This document shows, one piece after another, positions 44,288 to 53,948 of a DNA stretch of 64,000 nt. The notes beneath the pieces were generated by a model. It was given only the letters and a program-made list of their open reading frames with translations, was not told the origin of the DNA and made no database searches. The stretch lies in assembly GCA_965225915.1 (NCBI GenBank), contig OZ245326.1, positions 2,616,701 to 2,680,700 on the forward strand. The letters are read 5' to 3'. Within the stretch, counting starts at the first letter, position 1; every line of letters starts with the position of its first letter. This DNA comes from a bacterium (lineage in GTDB: Bacteria; JAAXHH01). The translations under genes and the position numbers were made by a program.

Positions 44288-44788
44288 ATGGATTCCTTCC
44301 TGCTATCGCAAGTGCTCGCCGCGGTCGCCTTCTTGTGCGGTGTCATTTCCTTCCAGCTCAAAAAGCGGCGCAATGTCCTGCTTTGGCTTTGCGCCTCGGC
44401 ACTGTCCAACGCAGCCCACTTCTTCGTTCTCGGCCGAGCAGGAGCCGGGACGCTCTACGGCGTCATGGGCATCCGCGTTTTCACGGCGGCGTTTACCATC
44501 GACCGGCGCTTTATGTACCTATTCATGGCACTGATCCTGGTCGGTTTCTACCTATCCTACGAACGCCCCCTGGACATCCTGGCCCTCTTCGGGGCCATGC
44601 TGGCGACATACGGGAATTTTCAGGCGTCCGACCGGAAGGTGCGGCTCTACTACATGGCTTGCGCGGTGACCTGGATGGTACACAATTTCATCGCCGGAAG
44701 CCCGGTCGCGGTGCTCATGGAAACCACGTTCCTGGTCAGCAACCTGATTGGTTACCGCCGGATTTACCGGACCACGCTGAAAGCCTGA
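44288..44788 (+). CDS. small inner-membrane protein, YgjV-like
   Basis: About 5 hydrophobic helices; size and pattern are reminiscent of YgjV-family proteins. Family call tentative. Confidence 0.5.
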   Translation: MDSFLLSQVLAAVAFLCGVISFQLKKRRNVLLWLCASALSNAAHFFVLGRAGAGTLYGVMGIRVFTAAFTIDRRFMYLFMALILVGFYLSYERPLDILALFGAMLATYGNFQASDRKVRLYYMACAVTWMVHNFIAGSPVAVLMETTFLVSNLIGYRRIYRTTLKA

Positions 44789-44811
44789 GCGGGTAGGCTC
44801 CGTGGTCTGCT

Positions 44812-45750
44812 CTACCCGTACATCCGGATCGCTGTCGGTTCGGTCGGACGGTTCTTGCGGGGCGGTCGCTGCGTCGTGACCTTCAGCGCCTCCTCCCAGC
44901 CGCGTCGCCAGGTTTCGTAGTTCGTAAGCACGAATTCGGGATGGCGGCGGCTCCGGGTGATAAAGTTCGGGTAAAACGAACGACCTGTGGGCAGACCGGT
45001 CTGTTGATACCGCAGATCGAGGCTCCATCGTATCGTGCCGGAACGGTTGGGGATGGACCGGTGCGGGATCAGCTTGTGCATAAGCAGCACGTCGCCCTTC
45101 TTCATCGGCAGAGACAGGACCCCGCCTTCCGGCAACTGGCCGTCTTCGATGCCGAACCCTTCGCTCCAGTACACGGTCCGCCTGTGGTGAACCCGGGGTA
45201 TGATCTGCAGGCATCCGTTCTCTTCGTCGGTGTCGCACAGCGGCATCCAGACAGTAAGAATGAATACCGGGTCCGCGTCTTCGTGGTGTACCTGCGCGTC
45301 CTGGTGCCAGGGCGCCACGTTCTCCTTGATGCGGGCGTTCAGGGGGTCTTCTTCCCCGTTTCCCGCATATGCCAGGTTATCGGGCAACTTGGCCCGCAAA
45401 TGCTGAATGGGACTGCACGTGATTTCGGGTCCCACGAGAGACTCCACCAGGTCCAGCATCCGGTTGTTGCCGAGAAAGTGAAACAACGCTTCGGCCCGCA
45501 TGTGCATGATGTCGATTTCGTCGTAGATCGAGGTGTTTTCCTGAGTGATCAGGGCGAGCCGCCGCTCGAAGGGTTCGCCCGCGTGCAGTTCCGAGATCAG
45601 TCCTTCCTGCTTAAGATCACGGGCCCGTTCATCGACGAACGCTTCGATTCCGGCGATGACGGGATCCAGGTCGGCGTCGGCAAGCGCGCCTTCGACGATG
45701 ACGTAGCCTTCTTCTGCGAAATGCTGGAACTGATCTTCCGTTATAGCCAT
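44812..45750 (-). CDS. PhyH-family Fe(II)/2OG dioxygenase
   Basis: QFQHFAEEGYVIVEG, APWHQDAQV (HxD) and KLIPHRSIPN. Confidence 0.8.
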   Translation of the reverse strand: MAITEDQFQHFAEEGYVIVEGALADADLDPVIAGIEAFVDERARDLKQEGLISELHAGEPFERRLALITQENTSIYDEIDIMHMRAEALFHFLGNNRMLDLVESLVGPEITCSPIQHLRAKLPDNLAYAGNGEEDPLNARIKENVAPWHQDAQVHHEDADPVFILTVWMPLCDTDEENGCLQIIPRVHHRRTVYWSEGFGIEDGQLPEGGVLSLPMKKGDVLLMHKLIPHRSIPNRSGTIRWSLDLRYQQTGLPTGRSFYPNFITRSRRHPEFVLTNYETWRRGWEEALKVTTQRPPRKNRPTEPTAIRMYG

Positions 45751-45779
45751 GTTTTTGTACCCCGTTGAATCTCGCGGTT

Positions 45780-46568
45780 TCAGGCCGCTTTAGGAATGTG
45801 TGAAATTAGATTCTGCAGGTGCAGTAGTCGTTCGGGCGTCGCCGTGGAAAGCAAGGGGCCGTCTTTGTTGCCGAAGACCTCACGCGTGGTGTAGCCGTGT
45901 TGCCGAATAATCTCTCTGAAGGCATCCAGGGAAGGGCCGTCCGTGTGATGCCCCGTGTACACAAGCGTGAACATGCGCCGCTTTTGCCCACCGCCCCAGG
46001 CGCTGTGCTTGGTGGAATGGTTGAATACGACCAGGTCCCCGGGCCGGGTCTCGACGGCCACCGCCGGCACGTCGCTGCCGTGAAGCCCGCCCCAGCATCC
46101 TTTTTTGCCCGTAAGGTGCGCATGAACCGTTTCCGCGTAGCCTTCTCCGAACCGGTGGCTGCCCGGTATGACCCGAAGCGCGCCCGTTTCCTTCGTCATC
46201 GGATCCAGGTAGATGGCCATCTTGTAAAACCGGATGGGTTCCGGCCACTGGGTGTCGGAGTGCCACCTCGTGTCTCCGACGTAGTAGTTCCCGTCGCTGT
46301 TCCAGTACTGGTACCGCTCGCCGAGAAAACCGGCGGCGATACCGTGGATGCGGGGATCGTCCAATAGCGTGCACAGGTACGGGTCATGGTTGATGAAAGG
46401 CACTATGGCCAGTCGCTCGACGCCTTCGTGGTCGTCGCCCCCGTGCTTTTTCAGTAACGCATCGAAGGCCTGATCGATCTCACAGATCTTTTCGTTGAGC
46501 AATCCGGGAAAACTCAGGTACCCGAAAGTGTCCATGAAATCCAGATGATGTGATTCAAGTTGAAACAT
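45780..46568 (-). CDS. PhyH-family Fe(II)/2OG dioxygenase (subgroup with 33315 and 53154)
   Basis: FMDTFGYLSFPGLL, TRWHSDTQW, GALRVIPGSHRFGE and STKHSAWGG. The start is taken at MFQLESHH (46568). Confidence 0.8.
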   Translation of the reverse strand: MFQLESHHLDFMDTFGYLSFPGLLNEKICEIDQAFDALLKKHGGDDHEGVERLAIVPFINHDPYLCTLLDDPRIHGIAAGFLGERYQYWNSDGNYYVGDTRWHSDTQWPEPIRFYKMAIYLDPMTKETGALRVIPGSHRFGEGYAETVHAHLTGKKGCWGGLHGSDVPAVAVETRPGDLVVFNHSTKHSAWGGGQKRRMFTLVYTGHHTDGPSLDAFREIIRQHGYTTREVFGNKDGPLLSTATPERLLHLQNLISHIPKAA

Positions 46569-46631
46569 CGATGTTCCCCAATGGTTTGTATATTCGCAAC
46601 CGGCCGACAAGCTCCGTTGCCTCGAAATCCG

Positions 46632-47726
46632 TCAGTGCTCTTCCAGCACAGATCCTTCTATGCCTCGCGTGCCGTCTTCGTAGGTGTAGTAATACACGAC
46701 CAGCACCCTACCGTCCATCAATTCAACCGACCAGGGATACCCGCAGTCCGATTCGGCGGAATCGTCGCGCACGACGAGACTCGGCGCGGTATCCAGGTCA
46801 CGGGCCTCGGGGTCCAGGACCCGCGCCATGCAACCCATCTGTCCTTCCCACCGGGTGCCCACCGTGGCCAGGATGCGGCCGTCTCTCAGGCCCAGCAGGT
46901 GTCCGGGACATCCCCTCACGGTCGTCGAACGCCACGTCGACCAGGTCTCGCCGCCGTCGTCCGAGTGCACTTCCACGAGGTGAACGTCCTGTCCAGGTGG
47001 CTGGTTCGGATGACAACGGAAGAGTACCAGGATTCTTCCGGATGGCGTCATGCAAATCGCCGGTTCGCTGAAATGGGCGACGTCGTCCGCGGCTATGCGT
47101 CCGGCGAATGACCAGGTCTGCCCGTTGTCTTGCGACGCCTGCATCATTCCGAAAAATGGCGGCTTGCCCTCCGGGTGATCGGTCGCCTTACCAGGAAGCA
47201 GTAGCCGTCCGTCCGGCGTCTCCAGCAATCCGCTGCGGCAGATACCGGTATGCGAAGCGGGATGACCGTTTACGGCATCGGGTAGCTGCGGAAACCGTTC
47301 GGGGTGTGACCAGATGGTTCCCTTGTTCCTGGACCGCACGTGAAAACCCTCACCTGGACGGGAGACCCACGCATGTTTGGAATCCTCTGGATCATCGGCG
47401 GGTACCAGATCCACCGTGCTCCCATGAAGGAATATCTCGCCATTGGAAAGCGTATGGGTCCCGAAATCCAGCACGCCTCCGTAAGGGTAGGACGTGACTA
47501 GTTCCGGCCGTCCCCATGATAGCCCTTCATCGCTGGAGCGGCAGGCCCGCACGTCGAAGAGGGGATGGCTGTGATGACTGAATCCGGTGGCGGGAGACCG
47601 GTGAAACAGCGTCAGCAGGTCACCAACTGCCGTCCGGACGATGTTCGGATGGGCCCCGTACCAACCCTTTTCGCGGTAGATCGTGAAATGATCTGCAACG
47701 CGCCAGCCCATACGGACACCGCCCAT
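46632..47726 (-). CDS. BNR/Asp-box repeat sialidase-like glycosidase
   Basis: Asp-boxes SSDEGLSW, SQDNGQTW and SDDGGETW. No signal peptide. Confidence 0.7.
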   Translation of the reverse strand: MGGVRMGWRVADHFTIYREKGWYGAHPNIVRTAVGDLLTLFHRSPATGFSHHSHPLFDVRACRSSDEGLSWGRPELVTSYPYGGVLDFGTHTLSNGEIFLHGSTVDLVPADDPEDSKHAWVSRPGEGFHVRSRNKGTIWSHPERFPQLPDAVNGHPASHTGICRSGLLETPDGRLLLPGKATDHPEGKPPFFGMMQASQDNGQTWSFAGRIAADDVAHFSEPAICMTPSGRILVLFRCHPNQPPGQDVHLVEVHSDDGGETWSTWRSTTVRGCPGHLLGLRDGRILATVGTRWEGQMGCMARVLDPEARDLDTAPSLVVRDDSAESDCGYPWSVELMDGRVLVVYYYTYEDGTRGIEGSVLEEH

Positions 47727-48094
47727 TCGAATTATGGTCCCATCATTTGTGCAGGCTTCAAATACTACGAGATTAATACAGGATCAACAATATACCTCTG
47801 CGCAAAGTTTGTGGTAAATGGAAAATGGCACTGCGTTTCAGCTTTACGGCGTGGCCGTTCAGTTCTACGTGGACATGGCTGCGGCAGGTTTTCTTTTTTG
47901 AGCCAGGTATCCCTGCGTCGGCGCCACACGACTTCGGCAGGACAGCGTACACCCACGAAATAAACGTCCAGTCCTTCCAGGCGACCAGCGCAATCATTTA
48001 CCCGGTTTCGTTGTGGATTATCCGGAATATATGATTTATCTTTTGTGAGACAAATCGGTATTTTCCCTCTCCCAGGCCGATGTTTTAATCCTGC

Positions 48095-49489
48095 ATGAAC
48101 GCCAGGTCTCAACCGATGATCACTCGGCGCATCACGGGTAACTACGAACTCAACGCAAGGATTACGGGTGCCGAATCGACATCGGTGGCTAGCATCAGGT
48201 TTTCCGGTGACGGCAATGCTTTAAGCGTGTTTCTGAACATCGACATACAAGGCTTCCGCGTGGTCCGGCAGGTCGGGGGAAAGAGTTCGGTTTTGAAGGA
48301 ATATCCGGGCGGGGGACCGCCACCCTGGGAGGTCCGCGTGCTGAAGAAGGGTAACTTCTTCCGGCTCCTCGTCAACGGAAACGCGGGCTGGATCCGCGGT
48401 CCGTCGGGCGAATGGGACGAAATGTACGACCCTTGGGAAAATACGCTGGGCCTGGATGGATCCATGGGGTGCGTCTTTGAATCCTGCACGGTCACGACGC
48501 TGCCCTGGTTGAGCCAGATGACGGAACCGGTCATTCCACTGGGCCCGGCGGGCAGCCACTACGAGAAACAGATCATCCCGGGCTCGATCGTTGAAGTCGG
48601 CGGGCGCTACTACATGTACTGCATGGCGGGTATGGTGGGCGACCAGGAGGGGTCCTCCCGGCGTACCATCGCCGTGGCCGTAAGTGACGATCTGCTGTCG
48701 TGGGATGTGCGCCCGGCGCCGGTTCTCTCGTACAAGGATGTGCCAGGCGACAATATCTACGTGAACGGAACCGTCGTTACCCCCGGCGGCCGGGTCGCCA
48801 TCATGTACTCAGTACAGCAGTATCCGTCCTGGCTCGGTTTCATGATCGCGACGGCCGATGATCCGCTGGGTCCTTTCATACCATTCTCCGGGAATCCCGT
48901 CTACAGGCACTTCAATGATGCCGCCCACGAATTCGACCTGCAACGCGTGGACCATCCGGATTACCGCTACATCATGTTTTATGCGGGGTACACCCCTCGA
49001 CCGTCCGGAGGCTGGTCCGGCGGTGACCGGGGTTACCTGCTCTACAGCGACAATCTCGTGGACTGGCGCGAAGACGAAGGCAATCCCGTATTCGGTCCGG
49101 AGACTCGGGACAACTGGGACGCCGTACACGTGCGGCCGCGGTCCCTGAACCGCATCGGCGATACCTGGTATCTCTGGTACGAAGGCTGCAACGAATGGAC
49201 GCCGCCGGGTGCCAGGGGCCAGCAACAGTGGTGCGACACGGTGGGTCTCGCCCGTTCACATGACCTGAGAAACTGGACCTACTATCCCCATAATCCGGCC
49301 CTCCCGGCGCTGGGCATAGGCAGCGAGCGTTTTGACCATACGTGGACCGGCTGGCCCCGCATGATCGTGAGGGGCGACCTGGGATATGTTTTTTATACAG
49401 GGAACGCCCAGGTCGGTCTTAGAACGATTCCGGTCCGCCTGTTGACGGACTGGGATTCCGAGGGAGGGGAGACGTTCCGGGTTATCTAG
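48095..49489 (+). CDS. glycoside hydrolase-like protein: N-terminal lectin/LamG-like region plus five-bladed beta-propeller (GH43/32/130-like)
   Basis: Repeated propeller-type blades (VEVGGRYYMYC, AVSDDLLSW, YSDNLVDW, IGDTWYLWYEG, ARSHDLRNW). The exact GH family is not resolved by eye. Confidence 0.55.
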   Translation: MNARSQPMITRRITGNYELNARITGAESTSVASIRFSGDGNALSVFLNIDIQGFRVVRQVGGKSSVLKEYPGGGPPPWEVRVLKKGNFFRLLVNGNAGWIRGPSGEWDEMYDPWENTLGLDGSMGCVFESCTVTTLPWLSQMTEPVIPLGPAGSHYEKQIIPGSIVEVGGRYYMYCMAGMVGDQEGSSRRTIAVAVSDDLLSWDVRPAPVLSYKDVPGDNIYVNGTVVTPGGRVAIMYSVQQYPSWLGFMIATADDPLGPFIPFSGNPVYRHFNDAAHEFDLQRVDHPDYRYIMFYAGYTPRPSGGWSGGDRGYLLYSDNLVDWREDEGNPVFGPETRDNWDAVHVRPRSLNRIGDTWYLWYEGCNEWTPPGARGQQQWCDTVGLARSHDLRNWTYYPHNPALPALGIGSERFDHTWTGWPRMIVRGDLGYVFYTGNAQVGLRTIPVRLLTDWDSEGGETFRVI

Positions 49490-49737
49490 GCGGTTTTCCC
49501 CTCCTCTCCGGCCGAGTCTGGAGAGCACGATGGGAAGGGCCAGGGTCAGGCCAATCAGGAAAAGATGTGGTGTGCCAAAGGTCTGGAGGAAATCGGATGG
49601 CGTCATGATGTAAATTGGTTTATGATGACCGAAGCAAAGAAAACAACCCGTGCGGACGCCGCTTCTGAAGGTCCATGTGGAAGGGCCTGTCCCTACCGTC
49701 TATGCCCGACTTCCTTATAGAATAAGGTGCTTCTTTC

Positions 49738-52521
49738 ATGATTACACTCACAAAAAATGGACAGCCTTCGGCGCAAATCGCGCTGTCCCCTGCAGCCGGA
49801 CCGGCGGAACGACGGGCGGCCCGAGAGTTCCAACGCATCGTGAAGCACATGGGCGGTGTTGAGTTGCCCATCCTTCAGGAAACATGCGAGCCATCGGAGA
49901 ACGGTGTCGAGAGATCCCTTGGCCGTCTTGATGGCGCAACGTGCCGGGTTTATATCGGATGTGCTCCCTCGGAGCTTGCCGTCAATCTCTCCGAATCCAC
50001 TCTGGGCTTCGATGGCTACGTCATCCTGTGTACCGGGAACTGCCTGGTGCTTGCGGGCCGCCAGCCTTATTCGGCCCTCTATGCCGTGTACCGGTTTTTC
50101 GAAGAACATCTCGGCTGCGGATTCTTCGAAGAGGGTGAACAGATTCCGAAAAGGGATACCGTCACGATAGGCGAATTCGAGGACTGCCGCATACCCCGTT
50201 TCAAGTGGCGGATGTACTTCGCCAACATGCAGGACGCCTACAGCGGCATGCGCTGGTGGACGTGGGAGGAATTCAAACCCTGGGTTGACTACCTGGTCAA
50301 GAAACGGTTCAACATCCTGGAAAGCGGTAACATTGCGGATTGCTGCGGCATCGGCGCGCTGGCGGCCAACCGTCTGGGCGTACCCGTTAAACTCACCGAC
50401 TGGCAAAAGGAGCGTATCGCGCTTTTGCGCCGCGTGTTCGACTACGCCAGGGAAGCGGGCATACGCATCCGGTACCGCATGCAGCTTCACGTGGGCACAC
50501 CTGCGGTAAGCCCTGGTTTTTCGCCCTACGCCGACGGCCGCCAGCTCCAGGAATTCGTGGACGGGTACCAGGCCATGACCGGTACGAAGATCAGGGTCGC
50601 GCCGCTGGAGTGGTGCGGTGAATCCGAAATAGTACTCGATCCGAGGGACCCGGTTACCCGCCGGTTTACTACCGCCGTGGTGGAATCCTACGGGGAGGCG
50701 CTGGGTACGGATCACCTGTACAGTCTGTGGCTGCCTACGGAGGAGACCTGGGTCGAAGAAGACCCGGAAAGGGTCGCGGAACTCACCCACGCGTCGGTAG
50801 ACGGGATGATCCAGGCCGTCCGGGATGGTGATCAGGACGCGGTGCTGTTCAGCCCCCGGGTGTGCACGGACAATCCTACGGCGGCCGCCCAGGCGCAGGC
50901 CGTTCGGGACGCCGGCCTGCCCGTGATCGGCAACATGTTTCTCAATCATGGCGGACGCATGTACGACTTCCTGCGATGCGATTACTACTGGGACCTTCCG
51001 TGGTCCACGGGCATGTGCGGTCAGTGCGGCAGGGAGACCAACCCCAACGGAGACATCGAAACGGCGATCAACAACGCTCGTTCGCTTGCGGATAATCCGC
51101 GTGCGGCCAATCTCCAGGGTTTCATGGTGTCTTCGGAAACCAACCACCGGAACGTGATGACGATGGATCTCTACGCTGAACTGTCTTGGAATCCCGCTGA
51201 CGTGGATCCGGCCGATTACGTCGAGCGGTGGAACCGCAGGCGGTACGGTCCGGCCGCGGAAGGCACCCGCCCGGCCGTCCGGATATTCGCCGAAACGATC
51301 ATGGCCTACTTCGATCCGTGCACCCACAACGGCCCCCTGTACCGGAACTGGGACGGTACTTTGCTGCCCGGCCTGACCTCCGGGTCCGTCAAACGGCTCA
51401 TCGGGTTTCTTCCGGCGCTCCACGACATGCTCGAGATCCTCCTCTCCCGGTACGATGCCCTCGATGATTCCCCCATGTACCGCTTCGACCTGGTCGACAT
51501 CGGGCGGACCTACCTGGCAGGCCTGTTCAACCATCGCCTGGCCCACACGCGGAAGGCCTTTCGGGCCGGGGACAGGGAACGATTTGAACGGATGGCCCAT
51601 GAGACGGAGCAGGTGATGTTCGCCATGGCCCGGTATTGCAGCGCCCATGAGCAGTTCAGGCTCAAGACCCACGACGATTGGGCGGCCAGGTGGCCCGAGA
51701 TCGTTCCGGGACACGCCAACAGCGAAAGCAACTGGATCACCTTTACCGCCCTGATCTCCCTGGAGAACTGGCGGGTGCTGCTGGACTATCTGCCGGAGGA
51801 TTTCGCCGAGATGATCGTCCACTACTTCCTCCCTCGCGTGGGGCTATACATCGAGCGGATGCGTGTGCTCATGGAGAAGGGAGAGGATATATCGGAACGG
51901 CTGGTCGACCGGGATTCCGACGTCGATCTGCCATCCCGCGTGGCGAACTGGGCGACCCCCCAGGGCAACACACCCTGGTCGCCCTTCGGGGACACCTGCG
52001 AACCCGAACTGACGGAAGAGGACGAGGCGCTCGCCCTCCGGCTGATCAAGGCCGGATCCGTGAGTGGCAGGTACGATTTTTACGAGGGCTCATTGGCCTC
52101 CCTGGTCCGCGAGATGCTGGACGAGTTCCCGCCTCCGGAGGACATCGAGGAGATCCTCGCGGAGGAAGACTACGCGGCGCCGAGCAACCGGCTGGTATTA
52201 CATGGAGTACCCGGTGAAACGATAGAGGGGTTTAACGTGCCCGGCTTCGTGGAAAGGGTCGTAGTGCCCCGGGACCTGCACGATGTCATTACGGTGCGCG
52301 AGGTCCGGAGAGAATACAACATCGCCCGTGGCCAGATCACCTTGTACCAGGTGACCGTGCTGCCGGAGGTTATTTTAACCCGCCACGATGACGAACCCGC
52401 CCCCTCGGACGGCCATAACGTCGCGGTTTTTTCCTTCAATGTCAGCGATGCGGAGTACAGGGTGTGGTTCGACAGCGGGACGGATCTGGACGTGGCATCC
52501 TTTGAAGTGAAAAGATTGTAA
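49738..52521 (+). CDS. GH89 alpha-N-acetylglucosaminidase (NAGLU) homologue with C-terminal extension
   Basis: Colinear blocks against human NAGLU, recalled from memory: WWTWEEFKPWVDYL vs WWDWARWEREIDWM; GTDHLYSLWLPTEE vs GTDHIYGADTFNEM; RRYG; SPMYRFDLVDIGR vs SPAFRYDLLDLTR. No signal peptide. Confidence 0.8.
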   Translation: MITLTKNGQPSAQIALSPAAGPAERRAAREFQRIVKHMGGVELPILQETCEPSENGVERSLGRLDGATCRVYIGCAPSELAVNLSESTLGFDGYVILCTGNCLVLAGRQPYSALYAVYRFFEEHLGCGFFEEGEQIPKRDTVTIGEFEDCRIPRFKWRMYFANMQDAYSGMRWWTWEEFKPWVDYLVKKRFNILESGNIADCCGIGALAANRLGVPVKLTDWQKERIALLRRVFDYAREAGIRIRYRMQLHVGTPAVSPGFSPYADGRQLQEFVDGYQAMTGTKIRVAPLEWCGESEIVLDPRDPVTRRFTTAVVESYGEALGTDHLYSLWLPTEETWVEEDPERVAELTHASVDGMIQAVRDGDQDAVLFSPRVCTDNPTAAAQAQAVRDAGLPVIGNMFLNHGGRMYDFLRCDYYWDLPWSTGMCGQCGRETNPNGDIETAINNARSLADNPRAANLQGFMVSSETNHRNVMTMDLYAELSWNPADVDPADYVERWNRRRYGPAAEGTRPAVRIFAETIMAYFDPCTHNGPLYRNWDGTLLPGLTSGSVKRLIGFLPALHDMLEILLSRYDALDDSPMYRFDLVDIGRTYLAGLFNHRLAHTRKAFRAGDRERFERMAHETEQVMFAMARYCSAHEQFRLKTHDDWAARWPEIVPGHANSESNWITFTALISLENWRVLLDYLPEDFAEMIVHYFLPRVGLYIERMRVLMEKGEDISERLVDRDSDVDLPSRVANWATPQGNTPWSPFGDTCEPELTEEDEALALRLIKAGSVSGRYDFYEGSLASLVREMLDEFPPPEDIEEILAEEDYAAPSNRLVLHGVPGETIEGFNVPGFVERVVVPRDLHDVITVREVRREYNIARGQITLYQVTVLPEVILTRHDDEPAPSDGHNVAVFSFNVSDAEYRVWFDSGTDLDVASFEVKRL

Positions 52522-52623
52522 AACCCTTCGTTGGTGTTTTCTTTTGACAGTCTGCAACCGGGTTGTTTTTCATCGCACCTGATCCTCTACTACACACGGC
52601 AGATCAGTCTGGAGTAAGGAGCC

Positions 52624-53113
52624 ATGAAGTCCGCGCTCGAGGATTACGACCTCGACCTGAAGGTGGCGGAACTCAAGATCAACGGGTTCACGACCTTCGA
52701 AGGCCTCATCCCCCCGGAGAAAATCGACCGCATCAGGGAGGCTTTTCTGTGGAGGCTGAACCGGCTCAAGGCCCGCGAAGAGGGTGAGGTCAATCCAGAG
52801 GAAAGGGGCGAGGTCCGCACGGGCAAGGGACGCCTGCAGTTCGTCAACCGGTATACCCTGCACGTGCCGTGGGAGCCGCCCTTCTCCGATCCGGATGTCT
52901 ACGAAAACCCGGTGCTGCTGGCTTTTCTGGAACGTTACTGGGGCGCCGACGATTTCCACATCACCTGCTATCACTCCAATAATCCATACCCGGGCAGCGA
53001 ATTCCAGGCCGTGGTACGGTACGTCGACAATTGAAATGTCGCAGGAAGAATACGAAAGGCTGTCGGAACGGGGCAGGGAACTGCTGACCCGCAGCCGGAT
53101 TACGACGTCCTGA
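52624..53113 (+). pseudogene. PhyH paralogue remnant (N-terminal ~130 aa plus C-terminal ~25 aa, catalytic core deleted, frame change)
   Basis: The ORF 52624-53034 has a PhyH-like N-terminus (KINGFTTFEGLIPPEKIDRI...) and stops just after PGSEFQ, where paralogues have WHxD. The +1 frame continues to 53113 with a C-terminal-tail-like MSQEEYERLSERGRELL. Confidence 0.45.
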
Positions 53114-53153
53114 CATTCATCTGATCACCCGCTTGCGATGAGAGGAACGCCCC

Positions 53154-53948
53154 ATGTTGTCCAGGATCCAGATAACCCATTTCCACACCTTCGGATTCCT
53201 GGTCATTCGTCAGGCCTTTACCAGGGACGAGGTAAAGGTGTTGATCCGGGAGGCCGACGCGGCGTGCGCGAAGAAACTGGACCGCGATATCGGAGAGACG
53301 GAGTCGATGTGGCAGGTCGAGTTCATCGAGGAACGCCCGGCCCTTATGAAGCTGGTGGAAGACGACCGGATCTTCCTGCCCATGAAGGACCTCCTGGGCG
53401 AGGATCTCATCTGGATCGGATCTGAGGGCATGTGGGGGATCGATCCGAAGCTGGCCGACCACAGTTGGCATTTCGACGGAGACAGGACGTCGCAATATCC
53501 CGATTACCTGCGAACCAAGGTCATGCTGTACCTCGATCCGCAGCGGAAGGATACCGGCGCGCTGAGGGTCATTCCCGGTTCACACAGGGACCCTTTTCAC
53601 CAGGCACTCATGCCCCTGCAGGAAGCCCATCAAAGAGCGGATTCCGATTGCTTCGGCGTCGAGGGACCCCAGATACCCGCGTGCGCCGTCGAAACCGAAC
53701 CTGGCGACATCGTCCTATTCAACCAGTGGCTGTATCACGCGGTGTACGGCAAGGTGGGGAAACGGCGGGTCATCGTCTTAAAGTTTGGCCCCCGTCCGCA
53801 CACGGAAGAACACCTGGCCATGCTGCGAGACGGAGCTCCTTACGTATTCCGGCCCCACGCGTCCTTCCGGGGCAGCGAAAGACCACGGATTCGGCACCTG
53901 ATCGATGGGCTCGCCGAACTCGGAAAGAAAGCGGAAAAGATGGCTTAG
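53154..53948 (+). CDS. PhyH-family Fe(II)/2OG dioxygenase (subgroup with 33315 and 45780)
   Basis: HFHTFGFLVIRQAF, HSWHFDGD (HxD), GALRVIPGSHRDPF and WLYHAVYGK. Confidence 0.8.
   Translation: MLSRIQITHFHTFGFLVIRQAFTRDEVKVLIREADAACAKKLDRDIGETESMWQVEFIEERPALMKLVEDDRIFLPMKDLLGEDLIWIGSEGMWGIDPKLADHSWHFDGDRTSQYPDYLRTKVMLYLDPQRKDTGALRVIPGSHRDPFHQALMPLQEAHQRADSDCFGVEGPQIPACAVETEPGDIVLFNQWLYHAVYGKVGKRRVIVLKFGPRPHTEEHLAMLRDGAPYVFRPHASFRGSERPRIRHLIDGLAELGKKAEKMA

Noticed and set aside
49256-49606. Minus-strand ORF whose N-terminus (MTPSDFLQTFGTPHLFLIGLTLALPIVL...) looks like a small membrane peptide between the two glycosidase genes.
   Set aside because: Most of the ORF overlaps the 3' end of the propeller glycosidase gene in antisense. 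Only ~39 codons are intergenic, with no RBS or family support.
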